Shown piece by piece: positions 62,260-64,000 of a stretch of DNA of 64,000 nucleotides. The position numbers and the translations under genes were made by a program. The notes under the pieces were generated by a model. It saw only the letters and a program-made list of their open reading frames with translations. It searched no databases and was not told the origin of the DNA. Source of the DNA: Octopus sinensis (taxonomy: Eukaryota). The stretch covers positions 1,426,001 to 1,490,000 of the forward strand of contig NC_043021.1 in assembly GCF_006345805.1 (NCBI RefSeq). Reading direction: 5' to 3'. Position 1 is the first letter of the stretch, and every line of letters starts with the position of its first letter.

Positions 62260-62400
62260 TTCTCTCTTTTTTGCTGGAGCACCGACTTTGGTCGAGCAAA
62301 TCGACCCCAGGACTTATTCTTTGTAAGCCTTATTCTATCGGTCTCTATTGCCGTAAACACAGCATCGGTTGCCAAGCGATGTGGTGGTGGGGGGGGGGCA
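62260..62400 (-). mobile_element. SINE fragment
   Basis: gctggagcaccg...gtcgagcaaatcgaccccaggacttattctttgtaagcc, same family as 43545-43880. Confidence 0.7.
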
Positions 62401-62415
62401 ACATATACATACTCT

Positions 62416-62449
<34 letters not shown>

Positions 62450-62498
62450 GTGTGTGTGTGTGTTTGTGTGTATGTATATGTGTACATATACATACTCT

Positions 62499-62544
<46 letters not shown>

Positions 62545-64000
62545 ACGGGAAGCTTTATGAAAATAAACAAAAGACGAAGGCAGGTGGAAAACAAACGACA
62601 ATTGTATTAGTATGGCGCTCAGGAAATATAAATAAAACAAGTCTTTAACGTTTCGAGCCTACGCTCTTCAACAGAAAGATACACAGAGAGAGAAAAACAC
62701 AGAAAGAAGGAGAGAAAAAAAAATGCGTGCAGTAGCTAACGAATCAACATGGCGATCTGATTTCGGCCAGAGGTCAAAGATCAAACATGAGACGCGAGAG
62801 CGAAATAAGGGGAGATAATAGGTTGAGGGACCAGCTAAAAGTGCGTGGGAGGGGTCTGGATGTGTGTATGTATAGGGTTGGTGTATGTATTAGTATGTAT
62901 AAGGGTGTGTGTGTGTGTGTGTGTGTATGAGAGAGTATAGTGCGTGGGATTGGTCTGGACGTGCGTATGTATGGGGTTGGTGTATGTATTAGTATGTATT
63001 AGTATGTATTAGTACGTATTGGTATTTATAGGTGTGGTGTGTGTGGGTGTGAGAGAGTATAAGTGCGTATGCGGGGTCTGGACGTGTGTATGTATAGGGT
63101 TGGTGTAAGTATTAGTATGTACTAGTATGTATTAGTACGTATTAGTATGTATTAGTTGGTGTGTGTATTAGTATGGCACTCATATGTGATGTGATGTGTA
63201 AAGTCATGTGGTGTGGGGAGGGGAGAAGAGGGGGAAGGGGAGGGGGAGGGGAGGGTGAAGAGGAGAGGATGGGGAGAAGGAAGGGGAGGAGAGGGATGAA
63301 GGAGGAAAGAGGGAGAGGGGGAGAGAGAAGGGGAGTGAGGGAGCAGAGGGAAGAGGAAGAGGGAGGGAAAAGAGGAAGAAGGGAAGGGGAGTAGGGTTGA
63401 AAGGATGAAGGACTGAAGAAGTGGGGGTCGGGGGGAGAAAGGATAGATGAGGAGGGGGAGAGGGGGTTAGATGAGGAGGGGGGGAGAGTTGAGACCAAAT
63501 GGCGTATAAGAGCGAAGAGAGAAGATTAATTCCTGTTCACGGCGCAAACGGGAATCCGGATGGCCTCTGTAAGGACAAACCGAACACAGATAGGTGTTGC
63601 AAGGAGTGACCGTTGGAGCGGAAATGGCGTGAGACCGTTGTGTCGTTCGCAAGGTGGATGTCACGAAGGTGTTCCGCGAACCGGTCAGCCAAGCGGCGTC
63701 CCGTTTGTCCGATGTACAAGGAATTGCAGAGAGAGCAAGAGATGCAATAGATAATATTGCTGGAGGTGCAGGTGAAGGAGTGGATGATGGGATAGGGTCG
63801 ATGGTGGGTGCTAGTGAGGCGGGTGGTGTTGGAGAGGTAAGGGCAAGTGCGGCAACGTGGGCGGGAGCAGGGGAACGAGCCGGGTTGGGAGGTAGGGTCA
63901 GGGAAGGAGCTATGGACCAAAAGGTCTCGAAGGTTGTGGGCTCGTTTGAAAGAGGGGAGGGGTCGGTTTTTAGGGAAGAGGTGTGAAGTGGACGGGTCGG
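62545..64000 (-). mobile_element. Penelope-like element 3' portion (GIY-YIG endonuclease plus pLTR), runs off the window
   Basis: FKRAHNLRDLLVHS..GSFPCSRPRCRTCPY..IIYCISCSLCNSLYIGQTGRRLADRFAEH; frameshift near 63570 before RGHPDSRLRREQELIFSLRSYTPFGLN. Confidence 0.9.
62642..62679 (-). ncRNA. Degenerate minimal hammerhead motif in PLE pLTR
   Basis: ucuuu-CUGUUGA-A-gag cguagg cuc-GAAA-cg-UU-aaaga; A6U and H17=U deviate from consensus. Confidence 0.5.

Overview
Eukaryotic, AT-rich, repeat-dense genomic DNA. The repeat landscape (RTE LINE 3' ends with (GAT)n tails, tRNA-derived SINEs, mariners, Penelope-like elements in (TA)n) resembles an octopus/coleoid genome; this species call is an inference. 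Two convergent intron-rich genes were assembled by hand from GT-AG junctions. (1) UNC119 on +, with 4 coding exons visible (1962-2075, 9916-10036, 23851-24023, 25960-26090); the first exon lies upstream of the window. (2) A complete 7-exon, 204-aa phosphatidylinositol-synthase-like CDP-alcohol phosphotransferase on - (59518 to 28784). Most long six-frame ORFs are transposon remnants or antisense shadows. Unusual structures: four distinct minimal type I hammerhead-ribozyme motifs, one inside a 355-nt tandem, retrozyme-like unit; a ~6.5-kb 87-bp satellite bracketed by a 371-bp direct duplication and carrying a hAT MITE; a ~2.8-kb tail-to-tail inverted RTE-UTR foldback around a (TA)n spacer; several other long intronic hairpins; Merlin, Helentron and Helitron remnants; and a foldback with 26-bp direct repeats just upstream of the CDP-alcohol phosphotransferase start codon. 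All coordinates were counted by eye, and TE boundaries are approximate unless TIR/TSD are quoted.
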